A stretch of DNA of 64,000 nt from an uncultured Verrucomicrobiae bacterium (GCA_963836755.1 CAWIKF010000001.1:608001-672000), one strand, 5' to 3'; positions 50,021-60,582 are shown, counted from the first letter of the stretch. Made by a program: numbers and translations. The notes: generated by a model from the letters alone, not told the origin.

Positions 50021-50584
50021 TCCCAGCGCCGCGCGCGCGGCTCGCGATCCTTGACGGTCGCGTCGCTCGGCACTGTCACGAACGGCCCGCCTTCCAGCGG
50101 CGCGGCTTTTGTGAAAGCAACCTCGGGCACATCGCTTTCCTTGCCGGCGAGCGGGAAATCTTTGCGCAGCGGGTAAAACGGGATAACCGTCCCACATGAT
50201 GATGCGGCGCAGGTCGGGATGGCCGGCGAACGTGATGCCCATCATGTCGAAAACTTCGCGCTCGTGCCAGTTGGCGGTCGCCCAGATGTCGGACACGGTC
50301 GGCACCTCGAGCTCGTCTTCGGAGACGCTGATTTTCAGGCGCAGATGCAGGCCGGAAGCGAACGAATACAGTTCGTAAACAACCTGAAAACGCGGCTCTT
50401 CGCCGAAATTATCGACGCTGGAAATGTCCAGCAGGTAGTCAAAGCCGAGATCGATTTTGCAAAAACTGCAGACGTCGTGAATCAGCGCGCGGTCAACGAT
50501 GAGCGTCGTCTCGCCGCGAAATTCGACTTTGCCTTTGACCGGAAATTTGTCCGCGACAGAAGTCGCCACATCGGAAAGCGTCAT
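50017..50584 (-). CDS. nuoC: NADH-quinone oxidoreductase subunit C (+1 frameshift at about 50181)
   Basis: [33 protein letters not shown] continues in the shifted frame to TAA at 50017. Confidence 0.9.
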
Positions 50585-51108
50585 GCGTTTAACTCCTCGA
50601 AAAGCGCGCGCTTTTGATCGCCGAGCGAAGTCTCGCCCTCGATCTTGCGCTGCAATCTCATCAGTCCGTCGAGCAGCGCCTCGGGCCGCGGCGGACATCC
50701 GGAAATGTAAACATCCACGGGCAAAAGCCGGTCGATTCCCTGCAGCACCGCGTAGCTGCGATACATGCCGCCGCTCGACGCGCACGCGCCCATCGCGATG
50801 CACCATTTCGGCTCCGGCATTTGATCCCAGATGCGTTTGACGGCGAGCGCCATTTTATAAGTGACCGTGCCGGCGACGATCATGACGTCGGATTGGCGCG
50901 GCGAAAAGCGCATCACTTCCGCGCCGAAACGAGCGATGTCGAAACGCGACGCGCCAGCAGCCATCAGCTCGATGGCGCAGCAGGCGAGGCCCATCGGCAT
51001 CGGCCAGAGCGAATTTTTGCGCATCCAATTGATCGCCGAGTCGACGCGCGTAAAAATCACGTTGCCCTCGATTTTCGAATCGTATGCCGCCGGTTGAATT
51101 TCCCGCAT
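50581..51108 (-). CDS. nuoB: NADH-quinone oxidoreductase subunit B
   Basis: [23 protein letters not shown] and GCPPRPE motifs. Confidence 0.95.
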   Translation of the reverse strand: MREIQPAAYDSKIEGNVIFTRVDSAINWMRKNSLWPMPMGLACCAIELMAAGASRFDIARFGAEVMRFSPRQSDVMIVAGTVTYKMALAVKRIWDQMPEPKWCIAMGACASSGGMYRSYAVLQGIDRLLPVDVYISGCPPRPEALLDGLMRLQRKIEGETSLGDQKRALFEELNA

Positions 51109-51161
51109 GGGCAAAATCTAAAGCCGCTCCGAAACGCGGCAAGCCGATTTTGTGAAACTTT

Positions 51162-52022
51162 TCACGAGCGCGCTTCGGCGTGCGGAAAAAGTTCGCGCAA
51201 CTTTTCCGGCGATGCGCCATCTGCCCGCAGCGCGCGGAGGCTGAGAGCATCGTTTCTTTTTGCGAGCCGCTGTCCATCAACATCGCGGACGAGTGGACAA
51301 TGAAAAAATTTCGGCGGCGCAAAACCGAGCGCGTCGTAAAGCAGCAGCTGCCGAAAAGTCGAAGTCAGCAAATCTTCGCCGCGCACGACCTCGCTGATTT
51401 TCATCGCCGCATCGTCGGCGACGACCGCGAGTTGATAGGCGGGAATATCGTCTTTTCGCCAGACGATGAAGTCGCCGAAATCGCGCCCGGCAATTGCACG
51501 CTGCTCGCCGAGACGCTCGTCGAAAAAGTTCACCGTCTTTCCATCGGGCACGCGAAAACGCCAATTCACGCCGGCGGGAGAAAGCACTTTCGGTGTCACA
51601 TTTTTCGGCGGCCGGCACGTGCCGGGATACAGCGGCTCATCGTCAAATCCGGCGTGCTCATGCGGCGCGCCCAGCGCGTCCCGCACATCGCGCCGCGAGC
51701 AGGCGCACGGATAAATTAAGCCGCTGTCGCGCAACTTTTTCCACGTGTCCAAATAACTTCGTTCGCTCTGCAAATAAGGCGCATGCGGGCCGCCGATGTC
51801 TGGACCTTCATCCCATTCAAAACCGAACCAGCGCAAATCTTCCAAGATCGCAGCGCGAAAATCGGCGCGACATCGTGCGCGATCCAGATCCTCGATGCGC
51901 AGCAAAAGTTGGCCGCCGCGGGTGCGCGCACGTTCCTGCGCAATCCAAAAAGTTTGTGCGTGGCCGAGATGCAGAAATCCCGTCGGCGAAGGCGCAAGGC
52001 GGCCGCGATAAATCACGTGCAA
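51162..52022 (-). CDS. gluQ: Glutamyl-Q tRNA(Asp) synthetase
   Basis: GRLAPSPTG.LHLG, YQLAVVADD, VRGEDL and RLAKR motifs; catalytic domain only, no anticodon-binding domain. Confidence 0.88.
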   Translation of the reverse strand: MHVIYRGRLAPSPTGFLHLGHAQTFWIAQERARTRGGQLLLRIEDLDRARCRADFRAAILEDLRWFGFEWDEGPDIGGPHAPYLQSERSYLDTWKKLRDSGLIYPCACSRRDVRDALGAPHEHAGFDDEPLYPGTCRPPKNVTPKVLSPAGVNWRFRVPDGKTVNFFDERLGEQRAIAGRDFGDFIVWRKDDIPAYQLAVVADDAAMKISEVVRGEDLLTSTFRQLLLYDALGFAPPKFFHCPLVRDVDGQRLAKRNDALSLRALRADGASPEKLRELFPHAEARS

Positions 52023-52062
52023 TTATCTCGGCGACAGCGGCGAGTTCAACCATGCTCTGCGC

Positions 52063-52239
52063 GTGTTTTCGCTGACGCGGCAGGAGCAAACTTTGATGGG
52101 CTGTGTGCTGCTTTCGCTCCTCATCGGCTCGGTCGTGCTGCATTTCCGTCACGCGCAAACCAAGCTGCCATCAGCTTCCGACGCGATTGCGACGGCAACT
52201 CCCGCGCCACAAATTCGCGATGTGCCCGATGAGCGCTGA
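52063..52239 (+). CDS. Small single-TM protein (58 aa), below the ORF-track cutoff
   Basis: GTG...TGA gives MFSLTRQEQTLMGCVLLSLLIGSVVLHFRHAQTKLPSASDAIATATPAPQIRDVPDER; fills the gluQ-acpS gap. Confidence 0.65.
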   Translation: MFSLTRQEQTLMGCVLLSLLIGSVVLHFRHAQTKLPSASDAIATATPAPQIRDVPDER

Positions 52240-52244
52240 AAAGT

Positions 52245-52640
52245 TCAGCTTTGATTTTTTACTCCGACGACTACCGCGTTCGCGACCGCGTAATGGTCGG
52301 AATGGCTCAGGCTGACGAGCGCTTCCATCACGCCAATTTTTTCCGCGAGCTCTCGCGCGACGTGATGTAAAACGATGAATGGCGCGCCATTTTCTTTTCG
52401 TAGAATCTCGATGTCGCGCCAGCCGATGCCGCCGCTGATGCCGGTGCCGAAAGCCTTTGAAACCGCTTCCTTCGCGGCGAAGCGCGCCGCGTAATGCCGC
52501 GCGGCGTGCGGCATCGCGGAGCAATACGCAATTTCATCGGCAGTAAAAACTCGTTTTAGAAAACGCTCGCCAAAACGTTGCAGCGACGTCTCGATCCGAA
52601 CGGTCTCGACCACGTCCACGCCGATGCCGAGAATTTCCAT
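52245..52640 (-). CDS. acpS: Holo-ACP synthase
   Basis: GIGVDVVE, AARFAAKEAVSKAFGTG and VSLSH motifs. Confidence 0.95.
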   Translation of the reverse strand: MEILGIGVDVVETVRIETSLQRFGERFLKRVFTADEIAYCSAMPHAARHYAARFAAKEAVSKAFGTGISGGIGWRDIEILRKENGAPFIVLHHVARELAEKIGVMEALVSLSHSDHYAVANAVVVGVKNQS

Positions 52641-53386
52641 CACGCGGAATAACCCGCCATCGCGGCAGCCATTTCGCGCACCGCTGTTTCGAGCCCGACC
52701 GAAAGCGCGCGCGCGATGATCGAGTGTCCAATGTTTAATTCGGTGAGATGCGGCAGGCGCAGAATGTCGGCGATGTTTGTGTAATTAATGCCGTGGCCGG
52801 CGTTGACCTGCAGATGCAATTCGGTGGCGAAGACTGCCGCTTCCGCGAGGTATTTCAGCTCCTGCTCGCGCGCCTTTCCGGCCGCATTTGCGAACGCGCC
52901 GGTGTGCAGTTCGACCGCTTCTGCGCCCAGTCGCTGCGCGGCTTCGACCTGGCCCGATGACGGATCGATGAACAAACTCACGCGCACTCCGGCGGATTGC
53001 AGACGGCGCACGGTCGGCTCGAGTTGCTTGAAATTTCGCACGACATCGAGGCCGCCTTCCGTCGTGATTTCCTGACGATTTTCGGGCACGAGACAAACAT
53101 CCTCGGGAAGAATTTTCAGCGCAAACGCGAGAATCTCCGGCGTGTTTCCCATCTCGAGATTCAGCTTTGTCATTACGCTTTCGCGCAACTGCCGCACGTC
53201 GCGATCCTGGATGTGACGCCGATCCGCGCGCAAATGAACGGTGATTCCATTCGCGCCCGCGCGCTCACAGGCGCTCGCCGCGGCGAGCAAGTCGGGTTCG
53301 ACGTTCGCCGCATCCGGCGTGTGTGCGTAACGCGTTTGCCGCAGGGTCGCGACGTGGTCGATATTGACGCCGAGGTTCAGTGGCAT
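52640..53386 (-). CDS. pdxJ: Pyridoxine 5'-phosphate synthase
   Basis: LGVNIDHVATLRQ, TTEGGLD, NAGHG and ELNIGHSII motifs. Confidence 0.96.
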   Translation of the reverse strand: MPLNLGVNIDHVATLRQTRYAHTPDAANVEPDLLAAASACERAGANGITVHLRADRRHIQDRDVRQLRESVMTKLNLEMGNTPEILAFALKILPEDVCLVPENRQEITTEGGLDVVRNFKQLEPTVRRLQSAGVRVSLFIDPSSGQVEAAQRLGAEAVELHTGAFANAAGKAREQELKYLAEAAVFATELHLQVNAGHGINYTNIADILRLPHLTELNIGHSIIARALSVGLETAVREMAAAMAGYSA

Positions 53387-53427
53387 GCAGGAATTTCGAA
53401 CGATGATCTGAAAACGCGCGGCGCGAT

Positions 53428-54963
53428 TTAATGGCGAAAGTGCCGCACGCCCGTGAATACCATCGCGAGTTTCCGCTCGTCCGCGGCGGCGATGACTTCC
53501 TTGTCACGCACCGAGCCGCCCGGCTGAATGGCGCACGTCGTGCCGGCTTCAGCCGCAGCGATGAGGCCGTCGGGAAACGGAAAAAAAGCGTCGCTGGCCA
53601 CGGCGCTTCCAACGAGCGAAAGCCCGGCATCGGCTGCTTTTAAAATCGCGATGCGCGATGCGTCCACGCGCGACATCTGTCCCGCACCGATGCCGAGTGT
53701 GCGGTCCTTCGACGCATAAACGATCGCATTCGATTTCACGTGTTTTACTACGCGCCAGCCAAAGATCATCGCCTGCATTTCGGCATGTGTGGGTGGACGC
53801 GCGGAAACGACGTTGCTTTCAAATTTCTCGATTTCCTGCGGATTTCTCACGTCCTGATCCTGGACGAGGATGCCGCCGATCACGGAGCGAATATCGAATT
53901 CGTCCTTCGTTTTTTCCGGTGCGAGCTTGCGCATGAGGCGCAGATTTTTCTTTTTCTGCAAAAGCGCGCGAGCTTCGGCGTCAAAGTCCGGCGCGATGAT
54001 GACCTCGCTGAAAATTTCGCTGATCGCGCGCGCGAGCGCCTCGGTCAGCGGGCGATTGCAGATGATGATTCCACCGAATGGCGCCTGCTTATCGGTCGCG
54101 AAAGCCTTATCCCATGCGGCTTTCAGGTCGGGATCGCTGCCGACGCCGCATGGGTTCGTGTGTTTTAAAATCGCGACAGTCGGCTCGGAAAATTCTTCGA
54201 TGAGCAGCGATGCGGCGCTGATGTCGAGGATGTTGTTAAACGAAAGTTCCTTGCCATGGAGTTTTTGAAAATGATCGTCGAAGCAGCCGTAAAGCGATGC
54301 CTGCTGATGCGGATTTTCGCCGTAGCGCAGCCGCGCGCCGAGCGGCAGGCAAAGGGAAAACGCGCACGTCGTTTCCTGTTCCTGATTGAAATAATTCGCG
54401 ATTGCGGAGTCGTAGCGCGACGTGGTCACGAAGACTTTGATGGCGAGCCGCTCGCGCAGTTTCAAAGTCGTCGCGCCATCATTCGCTCGCATATTTTCCA
54501 GCACATCCGCGTAATCGGCGGGATCGACCACGACGGTGACGGAGCGATAATTTTTCGCGGCGCTTCGGAGCATCGACGGGCCGCCGATGTCGATATTTTC
54601 AATCGCCTCCTCGAGCGTGACCGCCGGCTTCGCGATCGTCTGCTCGAATGGGTAAAGGTTCACGATCACGAGGTCGATCGGCTCGATGCTGTTTTCCTTT
54701 GCCTGCGCCTCGTGCGCGGGATTGTCGCGGAGATAAAGCAGACCGCCGTGAACTTTCGGGTGCAGCGTTTTCAAGCGGCCGTCGAGGATCTCCGGCGAGC
54801 CGGTGAACTTTGAAATTTCGGTCGAGTCGACCTCTTCTTTTTTCAACAGCGCCGCCGTGCCGCCCGTGGAAATAATCTCGACGCCCATCGCCACCAATTC
54901 GCGGGCAAAATCGATCAGGCCAGTCTTGTCGGAAACCGAAATCAGCGCGCGCTTTATTTGCAT
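53428..54963 (-). CDS. purH: Bifunctional AICAR formyltransferase / IMP cyclohydrolase
   Basis: [31 protein letters not shown] and FTGVRHFRH motifs. Confidence 0.97.
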   Translation of the reverse strand: MQIKRALISVSDKTGLIDFARELVAMGVEIISTGGTAALLKKEEVDSTEISKFTGSPEILDGRLKTLHPKVHGGLLYLRDNPAHEAQAKENSIEPIDLVIVNLYPFEQTIAKPAVTLEEAIENIDIGGPSMLRSAAKNYRSVTVVVDPADYADVLENMRANDGATTLKLRERLAIKVFVTTSRYDSAIANYFNQEQETTCAFSLCLPLGARLRYGENPHQQASLYGCFDDHFQKLHGKELSFNNILDISAASLLIEEFSEPTVAILKHTNPCGVGSDPDLKAAWDKAFATDKQAPFGGIIICNRPLTEALARAISEIFSEVIIAPDFDAEARALLQKKKNLRLMRKLAPEKTKDEFDIRSVIGGILVQDQDVRNPQEIEKFESNVVSARPPTHAEMQAMIFGWRVVKHVKSNAIVYASKDRTLGIGAGQMSRVDASRIAILKAADAGLSLVGSAVASDAFFPFPDGLIAAAEAGTTCAIQPGGSVRDKEVIAAADERKLAMVFTGVRHFRH

Positions 54964-55096
54964 AAAAACGCCAGAGGCTAGTGCGTTCGTGCGGATGGGT
55001 CAATGCAGGTGCGAACGGGCTCGGAGCGAGCGCGCGGAAAGTTTTCGCACCCGCGGCTAGAGCCGCCGCTGCATTTGTGCTGTAGTGCGCGCTCTG

Positions 55097-55864
55097 ATGA
55101 ATTGGTTCGATGAAAAAGCCGGCAAATTAATCGAGGGAATCCGCGTCAACGCATTCTCCCGAGAGGTGCGCGGCGGCGTGCCATTCATCGTCAAACGCCG
55201 TCGTCGCGCCGCCTGGCCCCTGCTGCGCACCGCGAACATTTTTTTCCAGCTCGCAAAAAATCCGGCCTACGTTTGCGAGCGGCCGGCGGACTGGCAGCGC
55301 TGGGAAAGTGGCTGCTTCAAAATGCTGCACGGCGATCGGTTCGCCGTCGTGACCGAGGGTTCAAACACGGTGCGCGCCGAGGTGCTGCCCGGTCGGTCGC
55401 TTGTGTCGCATCTCGATTCGGGAACGTTCACCGAAGCGATGGTGATCGCGGCCGCGGTCGAGCTGAGACGCGGGCACACGATGCATTCGCCGGAATTCCG
55501 CGAGAGCTGGTCGCATGGCGACCCGAACCTCGCGAATTTCCTTTTCGACACGGCCGAGCAACGGGCGCGGATGATCGATTTTGAAATCCTCCACTTCCGC
55601 TCGCTGCCAGCGGCGGAACGGCATTCGGCGGACCTGCTCGTTTTTTTGCAAGACCTGCTCGGATGCGTCACGGAGCAGGATTGGCTGCCGCTGGCGCGTG
55701 TCTTTTTAGCGGCCTATGATTGCGACGCGCTCCTCCCGTTTTTGCGACGACAGCTCATCGTGCCGCGCGGCATCCCACGCGTCTGGTGGTGGATTCGCAC
55801 AAACTACGTTCCGGGCCGCGTGCTGCGCGCGCGCATCGCGGCGCTCAACGAAGCGCTGGAGTGA
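55097..55864 (+). CDS. Kinase-like (APH/Kdo-type phosphotransferase fold) hypothetical protein
   Basis: HGDPNLANFL and MIDFE motifs. Confidence 0.65.
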   Translation: MNWFDEKAGKLIEGIRVNAFSREVRGGVPFIVKRRRRAAWPLLRTANIFFQLAKNPAYVCERPADWQRWESGCFKMLHGDRFAVVTEGSNTVRAEVLPGRSLVSHLDSGTFTEAMVIAAAVELRRGHTMHSPEFRESWSHGDPNLANFLFDTAEQRARMIDFEILHFRSLPAAERHSADLLVFLQDLLGCVTEQDWLPLARVFLAAYDCDALLPFLRRQLIVPRGIPRVWWWIRTNYVPGRVLRARIAALNEALE

Positions 55865-56471
55865 TCTGGCGAAACGCTGGATGCTCACCGATCCGCTTCA
55901 TTGCTTGCTCTAGGAGCGTTTTTCCCGGCTCGATGCGATGCCACGGCGAAGCGCCGGAAGGATGCGGCAGCGGGATCAGTGCGAACTTTTTTCCGTGAAG
56001 TTCCAGATCGAACTTTTTACCAATCACCTCATCGAGCTTTGTAAAATTGAGGAAAAGTCGAATAGCGAGTTTCCCCACTGGGATTACGAGCGACGGCTGT
56101 AGAATTTCGAATTCGGCGTCCATCCACTTGGAGCAGTTTTGAATTTCCCGATCGTTCGGCACCCGATCGCCGCCGGCAGAATTTTTTCCGGGAAAGCAAC
56201 GACAAACAGCGGCCATGTAAATTCGCGCGCGAAACTCCGCTTCGCTCAAGCCGCAAAATTTTTCGAACCAACCGAACATCGTCCGGCCCGCAGTCCACGC
56301 GAAAGGCCGTCCCAGCAAGGGCTCGCGGGTGCCGGGCGCCTGGCCGATGAGTAAAATTTTGCTGACGACTGCTCCGCCCGAAACTGGCGGCCGATGCATG
56401 AGCGGACAGCGCGCGCAGGCGCGCAACCGCGCGACGTGCGCGTCGAGCAGGCGCTGCGTCTGCGTGCTCAT
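55845..56471 (-). CDS. Uracil-DNA glycosylase family protein
   Basis: CARC, IGQAPG, RCFPG and PLPHPSGAS motifs; ATG overlaps the fmt stop. Confidence 0.87.
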   Translation of the reverse strand: MSTQTQRLLDAHVARLRACARCPLMHRPPVSGGAVVSKILLIGQAPGTREPLLGRPFAWTAGRTMFGWFEKFCGLSEAEFRARIYMAAVCRCFPGKNSAGGDRVPNDREIQNCSKWMDAEFEILQPSLVIPVGKLAIRLFLNFTKLDEVIGKKFDLELHGKKFALIPLPHPSGASPWHRIEPGKTLLEQAMKRIGEHPAFRQITPALR

Positions 56472-57418
56472 GCGGAACGAAGCTGCGCACCTGGCGCGAT
56501 GGGATGACCGCGCAAAAGTTCGCCCGCCTGCATTCGCTTTTTTCCCTCGAGCTGAATTTCGCGAAGCAAAACTGCCTCGTTTCCGGCAGCGACGAGCAAG
56601 CCGTTCGCATCCGCGCGAAGCACGGTTCCTGGATTCCCCGATGCGCGCCGCACTCGGATCGCGGAAAATATTTTGCACTTTTTCTCTTCGCCGTCGCGAA
56701 CCGGAAGCCAGGTGAAAGTCGCGGGCCACGGATTGAATGCGCGAATTTTTCGCTCCAGATTTTCGGCCGTGTCGCTCCAGAAAAGTTCGCCATCCCCGCG
56801 CTCGAGCTTTGCGGCGTAGGTCGCGTGGCGATTATCCTGCGGAATGCGTGGCGCGCTGCCTTGTTGCAAAAGTGCTAGCGCTTCGTTGAGGGCGGCCGGC
56901 GCCAGAGCCGCGAGCCGATCATGCAACGAGCCGCCGGTCTCGCGGCGGCGGATGCGCAATTCCTTCTTTAAAAGGATGTCGCCGGTGTCGAGACCTTCGT
57001 CGACATACATCACTGTTATACCCGTCGTGCGGTTACCGGCGAGGATCGCAGCCTGAATCGGCGCCGCGCCGCGATGGAGTGGCAGCAGTGATGCATGCAA
57101 ATTCAAGCAGGCGATGCGCGGCAATTCCAAAAGCTGTCGCGGAAGAATTTGTCCGTAAGCCATGACCACGATCACGTCGGGATCCCATTCGCGAACTGGC
57201 TCAATCGCATCCGCTGCGCGAATTTTGACGGGTTGATAAATCGGCGCGCCGTGGCGTTGAGCGAGGAGTCTGATCGGCGAGGGGAGCAGTTCTTGTTTAC
57301 GGCCCGCCGGTTTGTCGGGCTGCGTGACGACTCCAACAACGATGTGCTCTGGAGTGTTAAACAAGCTGCCAAGCGTCGGAAGGCCGATGCTGCCCGTGCC
57401 GATAAAGACCAGCCGCAC
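56468..57418 (-). CDS. fmt: Methionyl-tRNA formyltransferase
   Basis: VTQPDKPAGR, NLHASLLP..RGAAPIQ and GLDTGD motifs; GTG start. Confidence 0.95.
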   Translation of the reverse strand: MRLVFIGTGSIGLPTLGSLFNTPEHIVVGVVTQPDKPAGRKQELLPSPIRLLAQRHGAPIYQPVKIRAADAIEPVREWDPDVIVVMAYGQILPRQLLELPRIACLNLHASLLPLHRGAAPIQAAILAGNRTTGITVMYVDEGLDTGDILLKKELRIRRRETGGSLHDRLAALAPAALNEALALLQQGSAPRIPQDNRHATYAAKLERGDGELFWSDTAENLERKIRAFNPWPATFTWLPVRDGEEKKCKIFSAIRVRRASGNPGTVLRADANGLLVAAGNEAVLLREIQLEGKKRMQAGELLRGHPIAPGAQLRSA

Positions 57419-57422
57419 GTGT

Positions 57423-57659
57423 TTACGGCAGGAGGAGCGAGGGGCGTGCCGCTTTTCCGCGTCCGCCTCTTGCCGCCACTTTTTCACCGGCAGTCACTTC
57501 GCGCTGGCCGACGGAACTGGCGCACCCGGTGCAAAGATAATCGTAAATTTCCTTGTCGGGCAGCACGAGCAGCAGCCGCTCGCGCACCGGCATCGCGGCC
57601 TGACACTTTTGGCAATAGAGCGACGAGGCGCGCAGGCTCTCGAATTGCGGAGTGTTCAT
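57423..57659 (-). CDS. Small zinc-ribbon protein
   Basis: CQKC...CTGC; ATG overlaps the adk stop. Confidence 0.75.
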   Translation of the reverse strand: MNTPQFESLRASSLYCQKCQAAMPVRERLLLVLPDKEIYDYLCTGCASSVGQREVTAGEKVAARGGRGKAARPSLLLP

Positions 57660-58237
57660 AAAGTGAGGATCGTGTTGATGATTTCCTGCGTCACTTTTAG
57701 CGGCATCTGCGTGGCATCAATGTTTTTCGTGAGGGCATCGCCGTAAAAATCGAGCACCGGTTTCGACTCGGCGTCGTAGGTTTCAAGCCGATTGCGGATG
57801 ATTCCCTCATTGGCATCGTCGAGCCGATTGTCCTTGAGCGCGCGCTTTTTCAAACGCGAAATCAATGCGGAGCGATCGGGGCATGAGAGATGGAAGACTT
57901 GTTTTACGTCAATCAAATCGCCCATGATCCTCGCCTGATCGACGTTGCGGGGGATGCCGTCGAGCACGAGCGAATCGATGTCGGGCTTGAAAACATGCGC
58001 GCCGACGGCGTCCTGAATGCGCGCCGACCAAAGCTTCACGGTAATGTCGGCGGGAACGAGCTCGCCTCTGCTCGAGTAGTCGAGAAACGCCTGGCCGATC
58101 GGCGTGCGCGTATCGATCGACCGAAAAACGTCGCCGCACGCGCAGTGAAAAAAGCGCGGGATGCTGCCGAGAATTTTGCCCTGCGTTCCTTTGCCGGAGC
58201 CGGGCGCGCCGAAGATGAGGAATGTTTGATATTTCAC
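57656..58237 (-). CDS. adk: Adenylate kinase family nucleoside monophosphate kinase
   Basis: GAPGSGKGTQ, GELVP, LDGIPR and R.DD motifs; short LID. Confidence 0.85.
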   Translation of the reverse strand: MKYQTFLIFGAPGSGKGTQGKILGSIPRFFHCACGDVFRSIDTRTPIGQAFLDYSSRGELVPADITVKLWSARIQDAVGAHVFKPDIDSLVLDGIPRNVDQARIMGDLIDVKQVFHLSCPDRSALISRLKKRALKDNRLDDANEGIIRNRLETYDAESKPVLDFYGDALTKNIDATQMPLKVTQEIINTILTL

Positions 58238-58261
58238 ACGAGGAGTGGCGAAGGCAAAATT

Positions 58262-59248
58262 TTAAGGCAGCGCGCGGCATTCGTCGAGGCAGTTGTCAGC
58301 ATCCGACAAAGCTTGAGCGAGAGCGCGCTCGATCGGGGTTTTCACGACCGGCACTTCGAGATTTTTCAAAGCTCCGCCGGGTGAGGGAACGATGCGCACG
58401 TTTGGATTTGCGGGCGCCCATACATCGGGATCGGTCGGTCCAAACAGCAGCACGCAAGGCGTGTCGAGCGCTGCGGCGAGATGGGAAATTCCACTGTCGT
58501 GGCCGAGGAATAATTTCGCCCGCTCGAGAATCGCCGCGAGTCGCGTGAGCGGTAAATGTTGCGCGAGAAGCATCCGACGATCTTTCCAGGCGTGGCCGAG
58601 GGTTTGCAAAGCCGCGCGATCCGCTTCGCCGCCGATCAGCAGCAAAGTCGCATCCGGCGCTCTTTCAAAAATCCAGTCGCCGATTTCGCGCCAGCGATCG
58701 AGCGGCCAATTTTTCTTTTCGCTGCCACTGCCGGGATGCAGCGCGATAAATGGAGAATTTTTTCCCCGCAAAAATTCTGCGGCGAATTCGCGATCCGCGT
58801 CGCTCGGATGAAGCGTCGCCGCGCGATTTTCGAGATAAAGGGCGAGCTGCTCGAGCGGACGCGCGAGTTGTTGCGCGGCGTGTGCGGAATCGTCGAGACG
58901 CGGCGGTGCGTGGAGGAGATGTTTGACGCCACACCGGCGCAGGTTGTTTTCAAAAATCTGATCGGGATCGTAAAGGTAACTGACGACTTGCTGGAAGCTG
59001 GCGAAATAGTCGATGAGCTCCGGCGCGAGCTCCGCCTGCGGAATGAAAAAACGCGCGAGTGCCGAGTATTCGATCGACCGCGTCGCATCGGCATAAAATC
59101 GACCTTCAGCGAGCGCGATGATGTGTTTGTAGCCGAGGATCTCGAGATGCGCCTGCGGAAAATTTTCGCGCAAAAGTTTGATCGCAGGCAGCGTCAAAAT
59201 GAAATCGCCGAGCGCTCCTCCGCGAATGACGAGAATGCGCGGACGCAT
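58262..59248 (-). CDS. GT9 glycosyltransferase (heptosyltransferase-like)
   Basis: RGGALGDFILT, HPGSG..KNWP, GHDSGISHLAAA and LFGPT motifs. Confidence 0.9.
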   Translation of the reverse strand: MRPRILVIRGGALGDFILTLPAIKLLRENFPQAHLEILGYKHIIALAEGRFYADATRSIEYSALARFFIPQAELAPELIDYFASFQQVVSYLYDPDQIFENNLRRCGVKHLLHAPPRLDDSAHAAQQLARPLEQLALYLENRAATLHPSDADREFAAEFLRGKNSPFIALHPGSGSEKKNWPLDRWREIGDWIFERAPDATLLLIGGEADRAALQTLGHAWKDRRMLLAQHLPLTRLAAILERAKLFLGHDSGISHLAAALDTPCVLLFGPTDPDVWAPANPNVRIVPSPGGALKNLEVPVVKTPIERALAQALSDADNCLDECRALP

Positions 59249-59284
59249 GGAAAAAACTAGCGCGCCGAACGTGCGGCGCAACCG

Positions 59285-59470
59285 CTATTGCGTGGTCGGA
59301 GCCATGCCGCCGAGCGCGCCGGTGCCTTCCCATTTCTCCGGCTTGTTCCAAGGAATCGCGCTCACGTGATCCTGATTTTGCGGCGGCGGATTATCCGATG
59401 CGCAACCGGCGATCGAGATGCAAAAAAGACTCAATAAAAGTGCTGATGCAACCTTCGTCGGGATTTTCAA
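59285..59470 (-). CDS. Small lipoprotein
   Basis: Lipobox IAGC; IPWNKPEKWEG motif; TTG start. Confidence 0.65.
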   Translation of the reverse strand: MKIPTKVASALLLSLFCISIAGCASDNPPPQNQDHVSAIPWNKPEKWEGTGALGGMAPTTQ

Positions 59471-59476
59471 GACGAG

Positions 59477-60250
59477 CTATTGGGAAAAAATTACGCGGTC
59501 GCCGGGTTGCACATGCGCACCGCGCGCGAGCGTGCCGGGGACGACGTCGGCGACGGAAGTGGAAGGCTCGACTGAGGTGATATGCACCTTCGCGATCCGC
59601 GTGTCGCCGCGCACCACGAGCATGTCGGCGTTCATCACGGCGCCCTGCCGATCGCCGAGGCTGAGCACCACGAAATTCCAGCCGGCGTTGACCGCGAGAA
59701 CCTGACCTTCGAGGCCCGGCCGCATCAATCCCGCCTGGCGTTTTGCTTCCTTGTCTTTGAGCTCCTTCGTCGTCGCTTCCGCGTCACGCACTTTATTTTC
59801 CAGCGTCGTCTTCACGGTCTGCAGCTCAGCGAGTTTCGTCTGCGAATCTTTCAGGTCGTTCTGCAATTTCGCCACTTCCGGATTTTCGCCGGGCGTAGCG
59901 GTGCCGCTCATCGCCGCGACTTTTTTGTTCAAGTCTTCCACTTGCGCATTCGCCGTATCGAGCTTCGTCTGCGTCTCCTTTGCGAGGTCCGCATTTTTTT
60001 GCGCCTCGGCATGCGCGGCGGCGGCGTCGGCCGTGGCAGTGTCCGCGCGCTGCTTCTCGGCGGCGGTTTCGTCGCGAGAAGTTTTCAAGTCCGCCTGCGT
60101 TTTCGCGAGCGTCGCTTTCGTGCTTTGGAGGTTCTCCTGCGTCGTTTTCAAAACTTCGCGCAAGCCAGTGATGGTGCCTTTGGTTTGGAAGCCCAGGAAA
60201 GCGGTGGCGAGCATCAAAACGATTGCAACACCCAGAACGATTTTAGCCAT
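59477..60250 (-). CDS. Membrane-anchored coiled-coil protein with C-terminal beta domain
   Basis: N-terminal TM, long heptad region, then G.VLAVN..WNFVVL..G...G and PGDRV. Confidence 0.8.
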   Translation of the reverse strand: MAKIVLGVAIVLMLATAFLGFQTKGTITGLREVLKTTQENLQSTKATLAKTQADLKTSRDETAAEKQRADTATADAAAAHAEAQKNADLAKETQTKLDTANAQVEDLNKKVAAMSGTATPGENPEVAKLQNDLKDSQTKLAELQTVKTTLENKVRDAEATTKELKDKEAKRQAGLMRPGLEGQVLAVNAGWNFVVLSLGDRQGAVMNADMLVVRGDTRIAKVHITSVEPSTSVADVVPGTLARGAHVQPGDRVIFSQ

Positions 60251-60409
60251 AATTATTGGGAATGTATTTTGGTTGGGGCCGGGGAGAACGTGCGCAAAGG
60301 CGAACATCCTTTTCGGAACGGGGCCACTTCTATGCCGTGCGGCGCGATTAATGCAAGAGCTTTGATGACAAAAAATTTGTTTTCCCCAAAAATTACCACA
60401 ATAGTCTCG

Positions 60410-60508
60410 GCCCCGTCAGGGACTATGGATCGAAGGCAGACAAACCCCGCCAGGGCCGGAAGGCAGCAACGGTAGTCAGACTTTCCCTGCCGTAGCTCCC
60501 TGGCGGCT
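60410..60508 (+). ncRNA. ffs: Signal recognition particle RNA (small bacterial 4.5S type)
   Basis: Conserved domain IV core CCAGGGCCGGAAGGCAGCAAC; terminal stem CCGTCAGGGA / TCCCTGGCGG. Confidence 0.88.
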
Positions 60509-60582
60509 TCTTCGCAAAACGGCTGCGCGGCGTCATTTTTATTTCAGCAAGCCCATTATATAACCTACAGTTCTCAGACTCT

